From: Macrostomum hystrix
Lineage: Eukaryota; Animalia; Platyhelminthes
Assembly (NCBI GenBank): GCA_950097015.1
Contig: CATNEN010000039.1
Location: forward strand, 2,046,001-2,110,000
Reading direction: 5' to 3'
DNA: 64,000 bases
Shown here: in pieces, positions 26,201 to 41,200 of the stretch
How the letters are laid out: each line of letters opens with the position of its first letter
Position numbering within the stretch: position 1 is the stretch's first letter
Position numbers and translations under genes: made by a program
Notes under the pieces: generated by a model
Seen by the model: the letters and a program-made list of their open reading frames with translations, nothing else
Told to the model about the DNA's origin: nothing
The model's database searches: none

Positions 26201-29200
26201 GAGTATAATTGCAGTGAGTGCTTAAAAATAGTTCTGCTTTGTTATAATTTGTCAGTGCAGGGACGGACTGAAGTTTATGTTTTAACATGCTCCCGGCGAA
26301 TCCCTTCGTGAAATCATTCATTAACTTATAAAAAATGCACAACCAATATAAGCCAAGTCAAGAAGCTTTTTAGGAAAATCACCATCAGATTCCTACATTC
26401 AGATGCACAAAAAGTACACAATAAACTACTATAAATAAAAAGAGAGAAATAATACGCTCGCAGATGGTTAACGACATCAAGTGATGATAGGCGCAGGCAT
26501 AGAGAAGGGAAAACTCAAATGTTATTTCACGAAAATTTATCCCAGCAAAGTTGCCCCTAAGCGATACATTCAACAATTTAAAAATAGGAAATAAACCTGT
26601 TTAACAAATATATTTCAGCCTCTCATGCTTATTCGCGCATTTTCTTAACTTCATTTTAAGAGTGCATCTGTCCTGACGACGACATGTTCCTGTGTGACAC
26701 ATGCAAGTGCATCTCATCAGTAAAGTTTTGTGACAAAAACCTTGATTGCGAGGTAATTAAAAATATTTTATAACACACTTGAAATACTGCATTACCAGCT
26801 ACAGTTTCATAACAAAATCGATTCAGGATGGAACTGATGAACTTTGCGCAAACGCAACAACATCTGCACCTCTAAATGAAACTACGACCCCGCGAAATTA
26901 TGTGTGTGACGAAAGACAAGGAATGGACGACGAGAAACTCATACCGACTGGTCAAATTGTGCTGTCCGGAAGCATTGCCGATACATCAGCGAACAAGGAT
27001 AAAATCCGACCAACGTCTAGTGGTCTTAGTCTGCGAAGTGGCCAAACACTGACCGTAACAATTCTTCTAGCTACAGAGCATCAGACAAATGTCCAGATAA
27101 CAGAGGTATCACTTCCCATCTCTGATGACGAGATAAGTCAGATAGAACAGCTCGATATCTCTCATCACAGGGCAGGCGAGACTGTTTACAAACGAGTGGC
27201 AAACTTTGATAGTGGGTCATCTAAAGGCGTTCCGCGCATTATTGGCCCATCGAAAAATACACCACTGCTGACACAGACGATTCGAGTTCAAGTGACAGTC
27301 GGTAATAAAGCAACGAAAAATGTGAACTTCAAATTAGCGATAAAAGGATGCTTTACTCCAACGACTACAGAGCCACCTACAAGCACTAAAATGCCGACGA
27401 CGCCAGCAACAGAAACTCTTGCACCGAAAACCACCACAAAGCCGCCTACAACTCAGTGTGAACGAATAGATGCCATGCAGCAACCAACCATCTTGTCAAA
27501 TGATGATGTGTCCATTGAAAACGGTGCAGCCAACACGAGAGAAAACAAGAAAAATCTGTCTGGCAAAGGACTGCGAATAGTACTCAATGGAGACAAAAAG
27601 CCCATCCACTTTATTGTCAAAGTAAAGCTAGACAGAGTTTCCCAGAGTGCCGTCGAGATAGATCGACTAACTATACAAGCAGGTAGCGGAGACGTATCCA
27701 AAATCGAATCTGTTACAATTGAATACACAAATAGAGACACTGACACCGTAGGAACAATAGGTCCTATTGAAGACGTAAACAAGTCGACCCTGGCTAATCT
27801 GCTGAAGGACGAAAATACGCCAATCAAGATGTCCACCGTGACTGTGACACTGAACCTGCAAGGAAAGTACAACGGTGACGAGGTCACGCTGACCCTCGAG
27901 GTGCACGGATGCTTCAAGAGCCCGGAGTCTACTAGCACTACTCAAGTTAGCGAACAACCAACGCCGACTGTTCCGACTGAAGAACTGACATCGCCACCAA
28001 AGAGCAGCTCTGAACCGACATCACCAGTTTCTAGCGAAGGAACGTCTACTCAAGTGTCGAGTGAGTCGACGCCACTGAGCTCAGCTCCGTCGCAGAAGCC
28101 GCCATCTGAGTGCTCGGAAATCGACGCCATGCAGTCGTTCACCGTTTTGCCGATTGACGATGTCACCATCACCAGTGGAGCTGAAAACACTGACGAGAAC
28201 AAGAAAAGTCTGCGCGACGAGGGCCTGCGTATCACACTCGAGAGCAAAAAGACACCAGAGGAGTTCTCAGTGCAGGTCAAGCTGGACAGAGTGTCACAGA
28301 AGGACGTCGATATTGACCGAATCTCTGTGCGTGTTTCATCAGACGACGCGTCAAAGGTGAACTCGGTAACCGTTACGTACACAACGCAGTCGAGTGCAAC
28401 TCCAGTGTCGCTTCCAACCATCACTGATGTGAAAAAGTCGACCCTGGCTAATCTGCTGAAGGACGAAAATACGCCAATCAAGATGTCCACCGTGACTGTG
28501 ACACTGAACCTGCAAGGAAAGTACAACGGTGACGAGGTCACGCTGACCCTCGAGGTGCACGGATGCTTCAAGAGCCCGGAGTCTACTAGCACTACTCAAG
28601 TTAGCGAACAACCAACGCCGACTGTTCCGACTGAAGAACTGACATCGCCACCAAAGAGCAGCTCTGAACCGACATCACCAGTTTCTAGCGAAGGAACGTC
28701 TACTCAAGTGTCGAGTGAGTCGACGCCACTGAGCTCAGCTCCGTCGCAGAAGCCGCCATCTGAGTGCTCGGAAATCGACGCCATGCAGTCGTTCACCGTT
28801 TTGCCGATTGACGATGTCACCATCACCAGTGGAGCTGAAAACACTGACGAGAACAAGAAGAGTCTGCGCGACGAGGGCCTGCGTATCACACTCGAGAGCA
28901 AAAAGACACCAGAGGAGTTCTCAGTGCAGGTCAAGCTGGACAGAGTGTCACAGAAGGACGTCGATATTGACCGAATCTCTGTGCGTGTTTCATCAGACGA
29001 CGCGTCAAAGGTGAACTCGGTAACCGTTACGTACACAACGCAGTCGAGTGCAACTCCAGTGTCGCTTCCAACCATCACTGATGTGAAAAAGTCGACCCTG
29101 GCTAATCTGCTGAAGGACGAAAATACGCCAATCAAGATGTCCACCGTGACTGTGACACTGAACCTGCAAGGAAAGTACAACGGTGACGAGGTCACGCTGA

Positions 29201-32200
29201 CCCTCGAGGTGCACGGATGCTTCAAGAGCCCGGAGTCTACTAGCACTACTCAAGTTAGCGAACAACCAACGCCGACTGTTCCGACTGAAGAACTGACATC
29301 GCCACCAAAGAGCAGCTCTGAACCGACATCACCAGTTTCTAGCGAAGGAACGTCTACTCAAGTGTCGAGTGAGTCGACGCCACTGAGCTCAGCTCCGTCG
29401 CAGAAGCCGCCATCTGAATGCTCGGAAATCGACGCCATGCAGTCGTTCACCGTTTTGCCGATTGACGATGTCACCATCACCAGTGGAGCTGAAAACACTG
29501 ACGAGAACAAGAAGAGTCTGCGCGACGAGGGCCTGCGTATCACACTCGAGAGCAAAAAGACACCAGAGGAGTTCTCAGTGCAGGTCAAGCTGGACAGAGT
29601 GTCACAGAAGGACGTCGATATTGACCGAATCTCTGTGCGTGTTTCATCAGACGACGCGTCAAAGGTGAACTCGGTAACCGTTACGTACACAACGCAGTCG
29701 AGTGCAACTCCAGTGTCGCTTCCAACCATCACTGATGTGAAAAAGTCGACCCTGGCTAATCTGCTGAAGGACGAAAATACGCCAATCAAGATGTCCACCG
29801 TGACTGTGACACTGAACCTGCAAGGAAAGTACAACGGTGACGAGGTCACGCTGACCCTCGAGGTGCACGGATGCTTCAAGAGCCCGGAGTCTACTAGCAC
29901 TACTCAAGTTAGCGAACAACCAACGCCGACTGTTCCGACTGAAGAACTGACATCGCCACCAAAGAGCAGCTCTGAACCGACATCACCAGTTTCTAGCGAA
30001 GGAACGTCTACTCAAGTGTCGAGTGAGTCGACGCCACTGAGCTCAGCTCCGTCGCAGAAGCCGCCATCTGAGTGCTCGGAAATCGACGCCATGCAGTCGT
30101 TCACCGTTTTGCCGATTGACGATGTCACCATCACCAGTGGAGCTGAAAACACTGACGAGAACAAGAAAAGTCTGCGCGACGAGGGCCTGCGTATCACACT
30201 CGAGAGCAAAAAGACACCAGAGGAGTTCTCAGTGCAGGTCAAGCTGGACAGAGTGTCACAGAAGGACGTCGATATTGACCGAATCTCTGTGCGTGTTTCA
30301 TCAGACGACGCGTCAAAGGTGAACTCGGTAACCGTTACGTACACAACGCAGTCGAGTGCAACTCCAGTGTCGCTTCCAACCATCACTGATGTGAAAAAGT
30401 CGACCCTGGCTAATCTGCTGAAGGACGAAAATACGCCAATCAAGATGTCCACCGTGACTGTGACACTGAACCTGCAAGGAAAGTACAACGGTGACGAGGT
30501 CACGCTGACCCTCGAGGTGCACGGATGCTTCAAGAGCCCGGAGTCTACTAGCACTACTCAAGTTAGCGAACAACCAACGCCGACTGTTCCGACTGAAGAA
30601 CTGACATCGCCACCAAAGAGCAGCTCTGAACCGACATCACCAGTTTCTAGCGAAGGAACGTCTACTCAAGTGTCGAGTGAGTCGACGCCACTGAGCTCAG
30701 CTCCGTCGCAGAAGCCGCCATCTGAGTGCTCGGAAATCGACGCCATGCAGTCGTTCACCGTTTTGCCGATTGACGATGTCACCATCACCAGTGGAGCTGA
30801 AAACACTGACGAGAACAAGAAAAGTCTGCGCGACGAGGGCCTGCGTATCACACTCGAGAGCAAAAAGACACCAGAGGAGTTCTCAGTGCAGGTCAAGCTG
30901 GACAGAGTGTCACAGAAGGACGTCGATATTGACCGAATCTCTGTGCGTGTTTCATCAGACGACGCGTCAAAGGTGAACTCGGTAACCGTTACGTACACAA
31001 CGCAGTCGAGTGCAACTCCAGTGTCGCTTCCAACCATCACTGATGTGAAAAAGTCGACCCTGGCTAATCTGCTGAAGGACGAAAATACGCCAATCAAGAT
31101 GTCCACCGTGACTGTGACACTGAACCTGCAAGGAAAGTACAACGGTGACGAGGTCACGCTGACCCTCGAGGTGCACGGATGCTTCAAGAGCCCGGAGTCT
31201 ACTAGCACTACTCAAGTTAGCGAACAACCAACGCCGACTGTTCCGACTGAAGAACTGACATCGCCACCAAAGAGCAGCTCTGAACCGACATCACCAGTTT
31301 CTAGCGAAGGAACGTCTACTCAAGTGTCGAGTGAGTCGACGCCACTGAGCTCAGCTCCGTCGCAGAAGCCGCCATCTGAGTGCTCGGAAATCGACGCCAT
31401 GCAGTCGTTCACCGTTTTGCCGATTGACGATGTCACCATCACCAGTGGAGCTGAAAACACTGACGAGAACAAGAAAAGTCTGCGCGACGAGGGCCTGCGT
31501 ATCACACTCGAGAGCAAAAAGACACCAGAGGAGTTCTCAGTGCAGGTCAAGCTGGACAGAGTGTCACAGAAGGACGTCGATATTGACCGAATCTCTGTGC
31601 GTGTTTCATCAGACGACGCGTCAAAGGTGAACTCGGTAACCGTTACGTACACAACGCAGTCGAGTGCAACTCCAGTGTCGCTTCCAACCATCACTGATGT
31701 GAAAAAGTCGACCCTGGCTAATCTGCTGAAGGACGAAAATACGCCAATCAAGATGTCCACCGTGACTGTGACACTGAACCTGCAAGGAAAGTACAACGGT
31801 GACGAGGTCACGCTGACCCTCGAGGTGCACGGATGCTTCAAGAGCCCGGAGTCTACTAGCACTACTCAAGTTAGCGAACAACCAACGCCGACTGTTCCGA
31901 CTGAAGAACTGACATCGCCACCAAAGAGCAGCTCTGAACCGACATCACCAGTTTCTAGCGAAGGAACGTCTACTCAAGTGTCGAGTGAGTCGACGCCACT
32001 GAGCTCAGCTCCGTCGCAGAAGCCGCCATCTGAATGCTCGGAAATCGACGCCATGCAGTCGTTCACCGTTTTGCCGATTGACGATGTCACCATCACCAGT
32101 GGAGCTGAAAACACTGACGAGAACAAGAAGAGTCTGCGCGACGAGGGCCTGCGTATCACACTCGAGAGCAAAAAGACACCAGAGGAGTTCTCAGTGCAGG

Positions 32201-35200
32201 TCAAGCTGGACAGAGTGTCACAGAAGGACGTCGATATTGACCGAATCTCTGTGCGTGTTTCATCAGACGACGCGTCAAAGGTGAACTCGGTAACCGTTAC
32301 GTACACAACGCAGTCGAGTGCAACTCCAGTGTCGCTTCCAACCATCACTGATGTGAAAAAGTCGACCCTGGCTAATCTGCTGAAGGACGAAAATACGCCA
32401 ATCAAGATGTCCACCGTGACTGTGACACTGAACCTGCAAGGAAAGTACAACGGTGACGAGGTCACGCTGACCCTCGAGGTGCACGGATGCTTCAAGAGCC
32501 CGGAGTCTACTAGCACTACTCAAGTTAGCGAACAACCAACGCCGACTGTTCCGACTGAAGAACTGACATCGCCACCAAAGAGCAGCTCTGAACCGACATC
32601 ACCAGTTTCTAGCGAAGGAACGTCTACTCAAGTGTCGAGTGAGTCGACGCCACTGAGCTCAGCTCCGTCGCAGAAGCCGCCATCTGAGTGCTCGGAAATC
32701 GACGCCATGCAGTCGTTCACCGTTTTGCCGATTGACGATGTCACCATCACCAGTGGAGCTGAAAACACTGACGAGAACAAGAAAAGTCTGCGCGACGAGG
32801 GCCTGCGTATCACACTCGAGAGCAAAAAGACACCAGAGGAGTTCTCAGTGCAGGTCAAGCTGGACAGAGTGTCACAGAAGGACGTCGATATTGACCGAAT
32901 CTCTGTGCGTGTTTCATCAGACGACGCGTCAAAGGTGAACTCGGTAACCGTTACGTACACAACGCAGTCGAGTGCAACTCCAGTGTCGCTTCCAACCATC
33001 ACTGATGTGAAAAAGTCGACCCTGGCTAATCTGCTGAAGGACGAAAATACGCCAATCAAGATGTCCACCGTGACTGTGACACTGAACCTGCAAGGAAAGT
33101 ACAACGGTGACGAGGTCACGCTGACCCTCGAGGTGCACGGATGCTTCAAGAGCCCGGAATCTACTAGCACTGTTGGCACTAGCTTTTCGTCGATTCAGAC
33201 GTCGACACCGGAAACTTGTTCGCCAGTGTCTGGAATGACGAATTCTATGATTATAGATTCTTCTTTCATTCATCTCATTAGAGGAGCGCGAGCAAGAACA
33301 CTTGAAGATCTGCGACCTGGTCATTCGGGAGTTGTACTTTCTGATCTCTCTTCGATATTGCGAATCGAGCTGTCGCCTGATCAGCTTCCTCGTACTGTAG
33401 AAAGTGTAGTTGTTGAATTTACATCAGGTAGTGGAAAAATAAAAAATTTGAACTTGATTGCTTATAAAAATGGAAAAGAAAGAAGGATTCCATTTGATTC
33501 GTCGGCTCTTAAGACTAATCAGGATAATCTGCTGAAAGGAATCGGACTCATTTCTGTCCAGTATTTGGAGTTCGAGTTTGAGAGCAGCAGTCCTGGTGCT
33601 TCGGTGACTATCGACATTTTCTCCTGCTTAGAAGAGTTTCCAAGTTCTACGCCGCTTGTTACAAGTGGAATTACGACCACTGTGCCCTGCACAGGAATGG
33701 GCGCTACCATCTGTAAGGATGCTGAAAACAGAACGGTCTGTGGCCACTTCTGCAACGAAATTCGAGAATGTGCTAATTTAAATGACGAACCTTGGTACTG
33801 CGAAGTTTCCTGTAAGTAATATATTCTTTAGTTTTCTATTATCAGTTTATTTTTCCGTCGTCTTTATCTTTTGAACTCGCCTTTTAGTTTCAACGACTCC
33901 GATCTACGGGTCCAGCACCACCGAGTCACCATTACCTAAGACTACAGAGGAACTTTCTCAGGCTTGCGAAGTGTTAGAAGGTATGAGTAGCCCTTTAGTT
34001 AACTTCGGAACTGGCTTGCACATCAGTCCTATCGTAAGTGACGCGGATTTGAAGAATCTTCGACCGACTGAATCTGGAATGGTCATCGACGGCAGCACTA
34101 TTATAACTGTGAATTTCTTGGAAATCCAGCCTCGAGAAGCCATCATTGCTTCCGTCTATTTAAGTACGGTTAGAAAGTTGGATTCGAAGAATGTTAAAAG
34201 TATTTCCGTGGCTGTTCAGCAATCCTCTGCATCGAGCTTAAGTACTGTTGAAGAAATCCATGACGTGGATGAAAACACTAACCTTTTGCGAAGCATTTCT
34301 AAGGCAGGAAGCAGAGTCACACTTTCTAAACTTCAGCTAACCATCGACGTTGCGCGACCGATTAGAGCCCGCTTAAGTGTCTACGGTTGCTTCGAGAATG
34401 CGGTCACTACGCCCTCTACAATTCCCTCCACAAGTGAAGAGGAATGCGAAGAGATGGATGGAATATCAGATGCGAACCAAATTTCTGATGATGACATTCA
34501 GTTCGAAAATATCAGAATGACTCCAGAAAATTTCAAAGGACTGAGGGGTGAAGGAGAAAAGCTTGCCCTGGAAAGTTCCACTTCTGCTATTATTGTTCGC
34601 CTCGATGGTGGAACAAACATCGAAGCGACAATCAGTAAGCTTCAACTAATCGGAAATTCAAAGAACGATTTGTCTAGCATCCGTTGGATCAAAATATTTG
34701 CAAACGAAGATGGAAGCCTACTCGGTGAAGTAAAAGATCCTATTGTTTTCAAATCAGACATGCTGTACGCCATAAAGCCTAGGCAAGAGAAACTAAAAAC
34801 TAAAGTTCTTAGGTTAGAAATATCCACAAATCCAAGCACAGAACCACACATACAGCTAAAGATATGGGGATGCTTTCCGAATCGACCAACTGGAGTTCCA
34901 AGTGAATCAGAAACAGAGAAGCCTAAGACATCACCTATTGTGGGGCCGCAAGAGACCAGCGAGCCCACTACACCGCGTGAAGGCGGACCTGGTCCTCGAT
35001 ATACAACCGTCAAACAATATACTGAGGAGGAAACAGAAGAAGCTAAAACGTCGCCAAGTGAAGGTCTTGAAGAGACCACGGAACCAACAACACCGCGTGA
35101 AGGGGGACCTGGTCCTCGATACACAACCGTCAAACAATATACTGAGGAGGAAACAGAAGAAGCTAAAACGTCGCCAAGTGAAGGTCTTGAAGAGACCACG

Positions 35201-38200
35201 GAACCCACTACACCGCGTGAAGGGGGACCTGGTCCTCGACACACAACCGTCAAACAATATACTGAGGAGGAAACAGAAGAAGCTAAAACGTCGCCAACTG
35301 AAGGTCTTGAAGAGACCACGGAACCCACTACACCGCGTAAAGGCGGACCTGGTCCTCGATACACAACCGTCAAACAATATACTGAGGAGGAAACAGAAGA
35401 AGCTAAAACGTCGCCAAGTGAAGGTCTTGAAGAGACCACGGAACCCACTACACCGCGTGAAGGCGGACCTGGTCCTCGACACACAACCGTCAAACAATAT
35501 ACTGAGGAGGAAACAGAAGAAGCTAAAACGTCGCCAACTGAAGGTCTTGAAGAGACCACGGAACCCACTACACCGCGTAAAGGCGGACCTGGTCCTCGAT
35601 ACACAACCGTCAAACAATATACTGAGGAGGAAACAGAAGAAGCTAAAACGTCACCGAGTGAAGGGTCAGAGGAGTATACTGAACTCACAACTTCGGTCTC
35701 TAGTGGTCGTATGTCGACGACTGTTAAAGAATACGAATGGACAAGCACATCACCTTCAACTGAGGAAAGCACAGGCTCAACAAGCTCCGAGCATGTACTA
35801 CCTAAATCATCGGTCCCGCCAGAACTCTGCAATTTCCTTATGAAACTGACTGACGCCGAGTCTCCTATTCGCGATGAAGACATCCGAGTCAATCCAGCAA
35901 GCGCCGGAAGCGCTCAAGACGTAAAGGGTGAAACTGACGGTGTTACTCTAGCCTTCGATTCAACAACATCGATTGAAATAGATCTAGGACAGAAGCCAGT
36001 ACCCGTTGCCGAAATACGTTTGAATTTTAATACGGAAGCATCAAACTATCCCTTAAAAGTAGTAATCACGACTGACTCTGGAAGTTGGAGAATTTCAAAA
36101 AATAAACTTGACGGCAATATTCTGAAATCGATAAACACACCAAACATAATTCAAACAACAACAAAAATTTTACTTTCAATGCAACTAACCACCGTATCAA
36201 AAGTGTTCCAAAATCACTTTCCAACGCTAAAAGCTTCCGTTGATTTGAAAATATGTTACTCAAAGTCGACAGCAATTTCAACAAGTCCAACACAGCCACC
36301 AACTGGACCTTCAAGCAGTAGTCCAACACAGCCACCAACTGGACCATCAAGCAGTAGTCCAACACAGCCACCAACTGGACCTTCAAGCAGTAGTCCAACA
36401 CAGCCACCAACTGGACCTTCAAGCAGTGGTCCAACACAGCCACCAACTGGACCATCTAGCACAAGTCCAACACAGCTACCAACTGGACCATCAAGCAGTA
36501 GTCCAACACAGCCACCAACTGGACCATCTAGCACAAGTCCACCACAGCCACCAACTGGACCTTCAAGCACAAGTCCAACCCAGCCACCAACTGGACAATC
36601 AACCACAAGTCCAACACAGCCACCAACTGGACCATCAAGCAGTAGTCCAACACAGCCATTAACTGGACCATCAAGCAGTAGTCCAACACAGCCACCAACT
36701 GGACCTTCAAGCACAAGTCCAACACAGCCACCAACTGGACCATCAAGCACAAGTCCAACACAGCCACCAACTGGACCATCTAGCACAAGTCCAACACAGC
36801 CACCAACTGGACCATCTAGCACAAGTCCAACACAGCCACAAACTGGACCTTCAAGCACAAGTCCAACACAGCCACCAACTGGACCATCAAGCACAAGTCC
36901 AACACAGCCACCAACTGGACCATCAAGCAGTAGTCCAACACAGCCACCAACTGGACCTTCAAGCACAAGTCCAACACAGCCACCAACTGGACCATCAAGC
37001 ACAAGTCCAACACAGCCACCAACTGGACCATCTAGCACAGGTCCAACACAGCCACCAACTGGACCATCTAGCACAAGTCCAACACAGCCACCGACTGGAC
37101 CATCAAGCAGTAGTCCAACACAGCCACCAACTGGACCATCAACCACAAGTCCAACACAGCAACCAACTGGACCATCAACCACAAGTCCAACACAGCCACC
37201 AACTGGACCATCAACCACAAGTCCAACACAGCCACCAACTGGACCTTCAAGCACAAGTCCAACACAGCCACCAACTGGACCTTCAAGCAGTAGTCCAACA
37301 CAGCCACCAACTGGACCTTCAAGCAGTAGTCCAACACAGCCACCAACTGGACCTTCAAGCAGTGGTCCAACACAGCCACCAACTGGACCATCTAGCACAA
37401 GTCCAACACAGCTACCAACTGGACCATCAAGCAGTAGTCCAACACAGCCACCAACTGGACCATCTAGCACAAGTCCACCACAGCCACCAACTGGACCTTC
37501 AAGCACAAGTCCAACCCAGCCACCAACTGGACAATCAACCACAAGTCCAACACAGCCACCAACTGGACCATCAAGCAGTAGTCCAACACAGCCATTAACT
37601 GGACCATCAAGCAGTAGTCCAACACAGCCACCAACTGGACCTTCAAGCACAAGTCCAACACAGCCACCAACTGGACCATCAAGCACAAGTCCAACACAGC
37701 CACCAACTGGACCATCTAGCACAAGTCCAACACAGCCACCAACTGGACCATCTAGCACAAGTCCAACACAGCCACCAACTGGACCTTCAAGCACAAGTCC
37801 AACACAGCCACCAACTGGACCATCAAGCACAAGTCCAACACAGCCACCAACTGGACCATCAAGCAGTAGTCCAACACAGCCACCAACTGGACCTTCAAGC
37901 ACAAGTCCAACACAGCCACCAACTGGACCATCAAGCACAAGTCCAACACAGCCACCAACTGGACCATCTAGCACAGGTCCAACACAGCCACCAACTGGAC
38001 CATCTAGCACAGGTCCAACACAGCCACCGACTGGACCATCAAGCAGTAGTCCAACACAGCCACAAACTGGACCATCAAGCAGTAGTCCAACACAGCCACC
38101 AACTGGACCTTCAAGCACAAGTCCAATACAGCCACCAACTGGACCATCAACCACAGGTCCAACACAGCCACCAACTGGACCATCAAGCAGTAGTCCAACA

Positions 38201-41200
38201 CAGCCACCAACTGGACCATCAACCACAAGTCCAACACAGCCACCAACTGGACCATCAACCACAAGTCCAACACAGCCACCAACTGGACCTTCAAGCACAA
38301 GTCCAACACAGCCACCAACTGGACAATCAACCACAAGTCCAACACAGCCACCGACTGGACCATCTAGCAGTAGACCAACACAGCCACCAACTGGACCATC
38401 AAGCACAAGTCCAACACAGCCACCAACTGGACCTTCAAGCACAAGTCCAACACAGCCACCAACTGGACTATCAAGCACAAGTCCAACAAAGCCACCAACT
38501 GGACCTTCAACCACAGGTCCAACACAGCCACCAACTGGACCTTCAAGCACAAGTCCAACACAGCCACCAACTGGACCATCTAGCACAAGTCCAACACAGC
38601 CACCAACTGGACCTTCTAGCACAAGTCCAACACAGCCACCAACTGGACCTTCAACCACAGGTCAAACACAGCCACCAACTGGACCTTCAACCACAGGTCC
38701 AACACAGCCACCAACTGGACCTTCAAGCACAAGTCCACCACAGCCACCAACTGGACCTTCAAGCACAAGTCCAACACAGCCACCAACTGGACCATCAAGC
38801 AGTAGTCCAACACAGCCACCAACTGGACCTTCAAGCACAAGTCCAACACAGCCACCAACTGGACCTTCAAGCAGTAGTCCAACACAGCCACCAACTGGAC
38901 CATCAAGCACAAGTCTAACACAGCCACCAACTGGACCATCTAGCACAAGTCCAACACAGCCACCAACTGGACCTTCAAGCAGTAGTCCAACACAGCCACC
39001 AACTGGACCATCAACCACAAGTCCAACACAGCCACCGACTGGACCATCTAGCAGTAGACCAACACAGCCACCAACTGGACCATCTAGCACAAGTCCAACA
39101 CAGCCACCAACTGGACTATCAAGCACAAGTCCAACACAGCCACCAACTGGACCTTCAACCACAGGTCCAACACAGCCACCAACTGGACCATCTAGCACAA
39201 GTCCAACACAGCCACCAACTGGACCATCAAGCAGTAGTCCAACACAGCCACCAACTGGACCATCAAGCAGTAGTCCAACACAGCCACCAACTGGACCATC
39301 TAGCACAAGTCCAACACAGCCACCAACTGGACCTTCAAGCACAAGTCCAACACAGCCACCAACTGGACCTTCAAGCAGTAGTACAACACAGCCACCAACT
39401 GGACCTTCAAGCAGTAGTCCAACACAGCCACCAACTGGACCTTCAAGCACAAGTCTAACACAGCCACCAACTGGACCATCAACCACAGGTCCAACACAGC
39501 CACCAACTGGACCATCAAGCACAAGTCCAACACAGCCACCAACTGGACCTTCAAGCACAAGTCCAACACAGCCACCAACTGGACCATCAAGCAGTAGTCC
39601 AACACAGCCACCAACTGGACCTTCAAGCAGTAGTCCAACACAGCCACCAACTGGACCTTCAAGCAGTAGTCCAACACAGCCACCAACTGGACCATCAAGC
39701 ACAAGTCCAACACAGCTACCAACTGGACCATCAAGCAGTAGTCCAACACAGCCACCAACTGGACCTTCAAGCACAAGTCCAACACAGCCACCAACTGGAC
39801 CATCTAGCACAAGTCCACCACAGCCACCAACTGGACCTTCAAGCACAAGTCCAACACAGCCACCAACTGGACCTTCAAGCACAAGTCCAACACAGCCACC
39901 AACTGGACCTTCTAGCACAAGTCCAACACAGCCACCGACTGGACCATCTAGCAGTAGACCAACACAGCCACCAACTGGACCATCAAGCACAAGTCCAACA
40001 CAGCCACCAACTGGACCTTCAAGCACAAGTCCAACACAGCCACCAACTGGACCTTCAACCACAGGTCCAACACAGCCACCAACTGGACCTTCAAGCACAA
40101 GTCCAACACAGCCACCAACTGGACCATCTAGCACAAGTCCAACACAGCCACCAACTGGACCTTCAAGCACAAGTCCAACACAGCCACCAACTGGACCTTC
40201 AACCACAGGTCAAACACAGCCACCAACTGGACCATCAACCACAAGTCCAACACAGCCACCAACTGGACCTTCAAGCACAAGTCCAATACAGCCACCAACT
40301 GGACCATCAACCACAGGTCCAACACAGCCACCAACTGGACCTTCAAGCACAAGTCCAACACAGCCACCAACTGGACCTTCAAGCACAAGTCCAACACAGC
40401 CACCAACTGGACCTTCTAGCACAAGTCCAACACAGCCACCAACTGGACCATCTAGCACAAGTCCAACACAGCCACCAACTGGTCCATCTAGCAGTAGACC
40501 AACACAGCCACCAACTGGACCATCAAGCAGTAGTCCAACACAGCCACCAACTGGTCCATCTAGCAGTAGACCAACACAGCCACCAACTGGACCATCAAGC
40601 AGTAGTCCAACACAGCCACCAACTGGACCTTCAAGCAGTAGTCCAACACAGCCACCAACTGGACCATCTAGCACAAGTCCAACTGGAACGCAGCCACCAA
40701 CCACATCCTCTGTCACCGAGCTGACAAGCATAACAGAAAATGTGCTGCCTAAATCAACGCTGCCATCAGAAATCTGCCGTGAAATTATGAAACTGACTGA
40801 CTCTGGGTCTCCGATCCGTGATAAAGACATACGTGTTAATCCAACCAGAGCTGGAAGCGCTCGAGACGTGAAGGGTGAAACGGACGGTGTTACTCTAGCC
40901 TACGATTCAACAACATCAATTATAATTGATCTAGGAAAGGAGCCAGTACCCGTTGCCGATGTACGCCTGCATTTTAATAATATCGCATCAGCTTATCCCC
41001 TGCAAGTTACTTTGATAGTTGATTCAGAAGATTGGCAAATATCCAAAGGAAATCTAAATGAAAACATTTTAAAAGCTACCGATCACTTCACTGGCAAATT
41101 AATGATTAAAAACCTGAAGCTTGTGTTTAAGCTAGATGACATGAATCCGTTGTTTAAAAATTACTTCGCTTTGCTGAAAGTCTCCATAGAATTAAAAATG

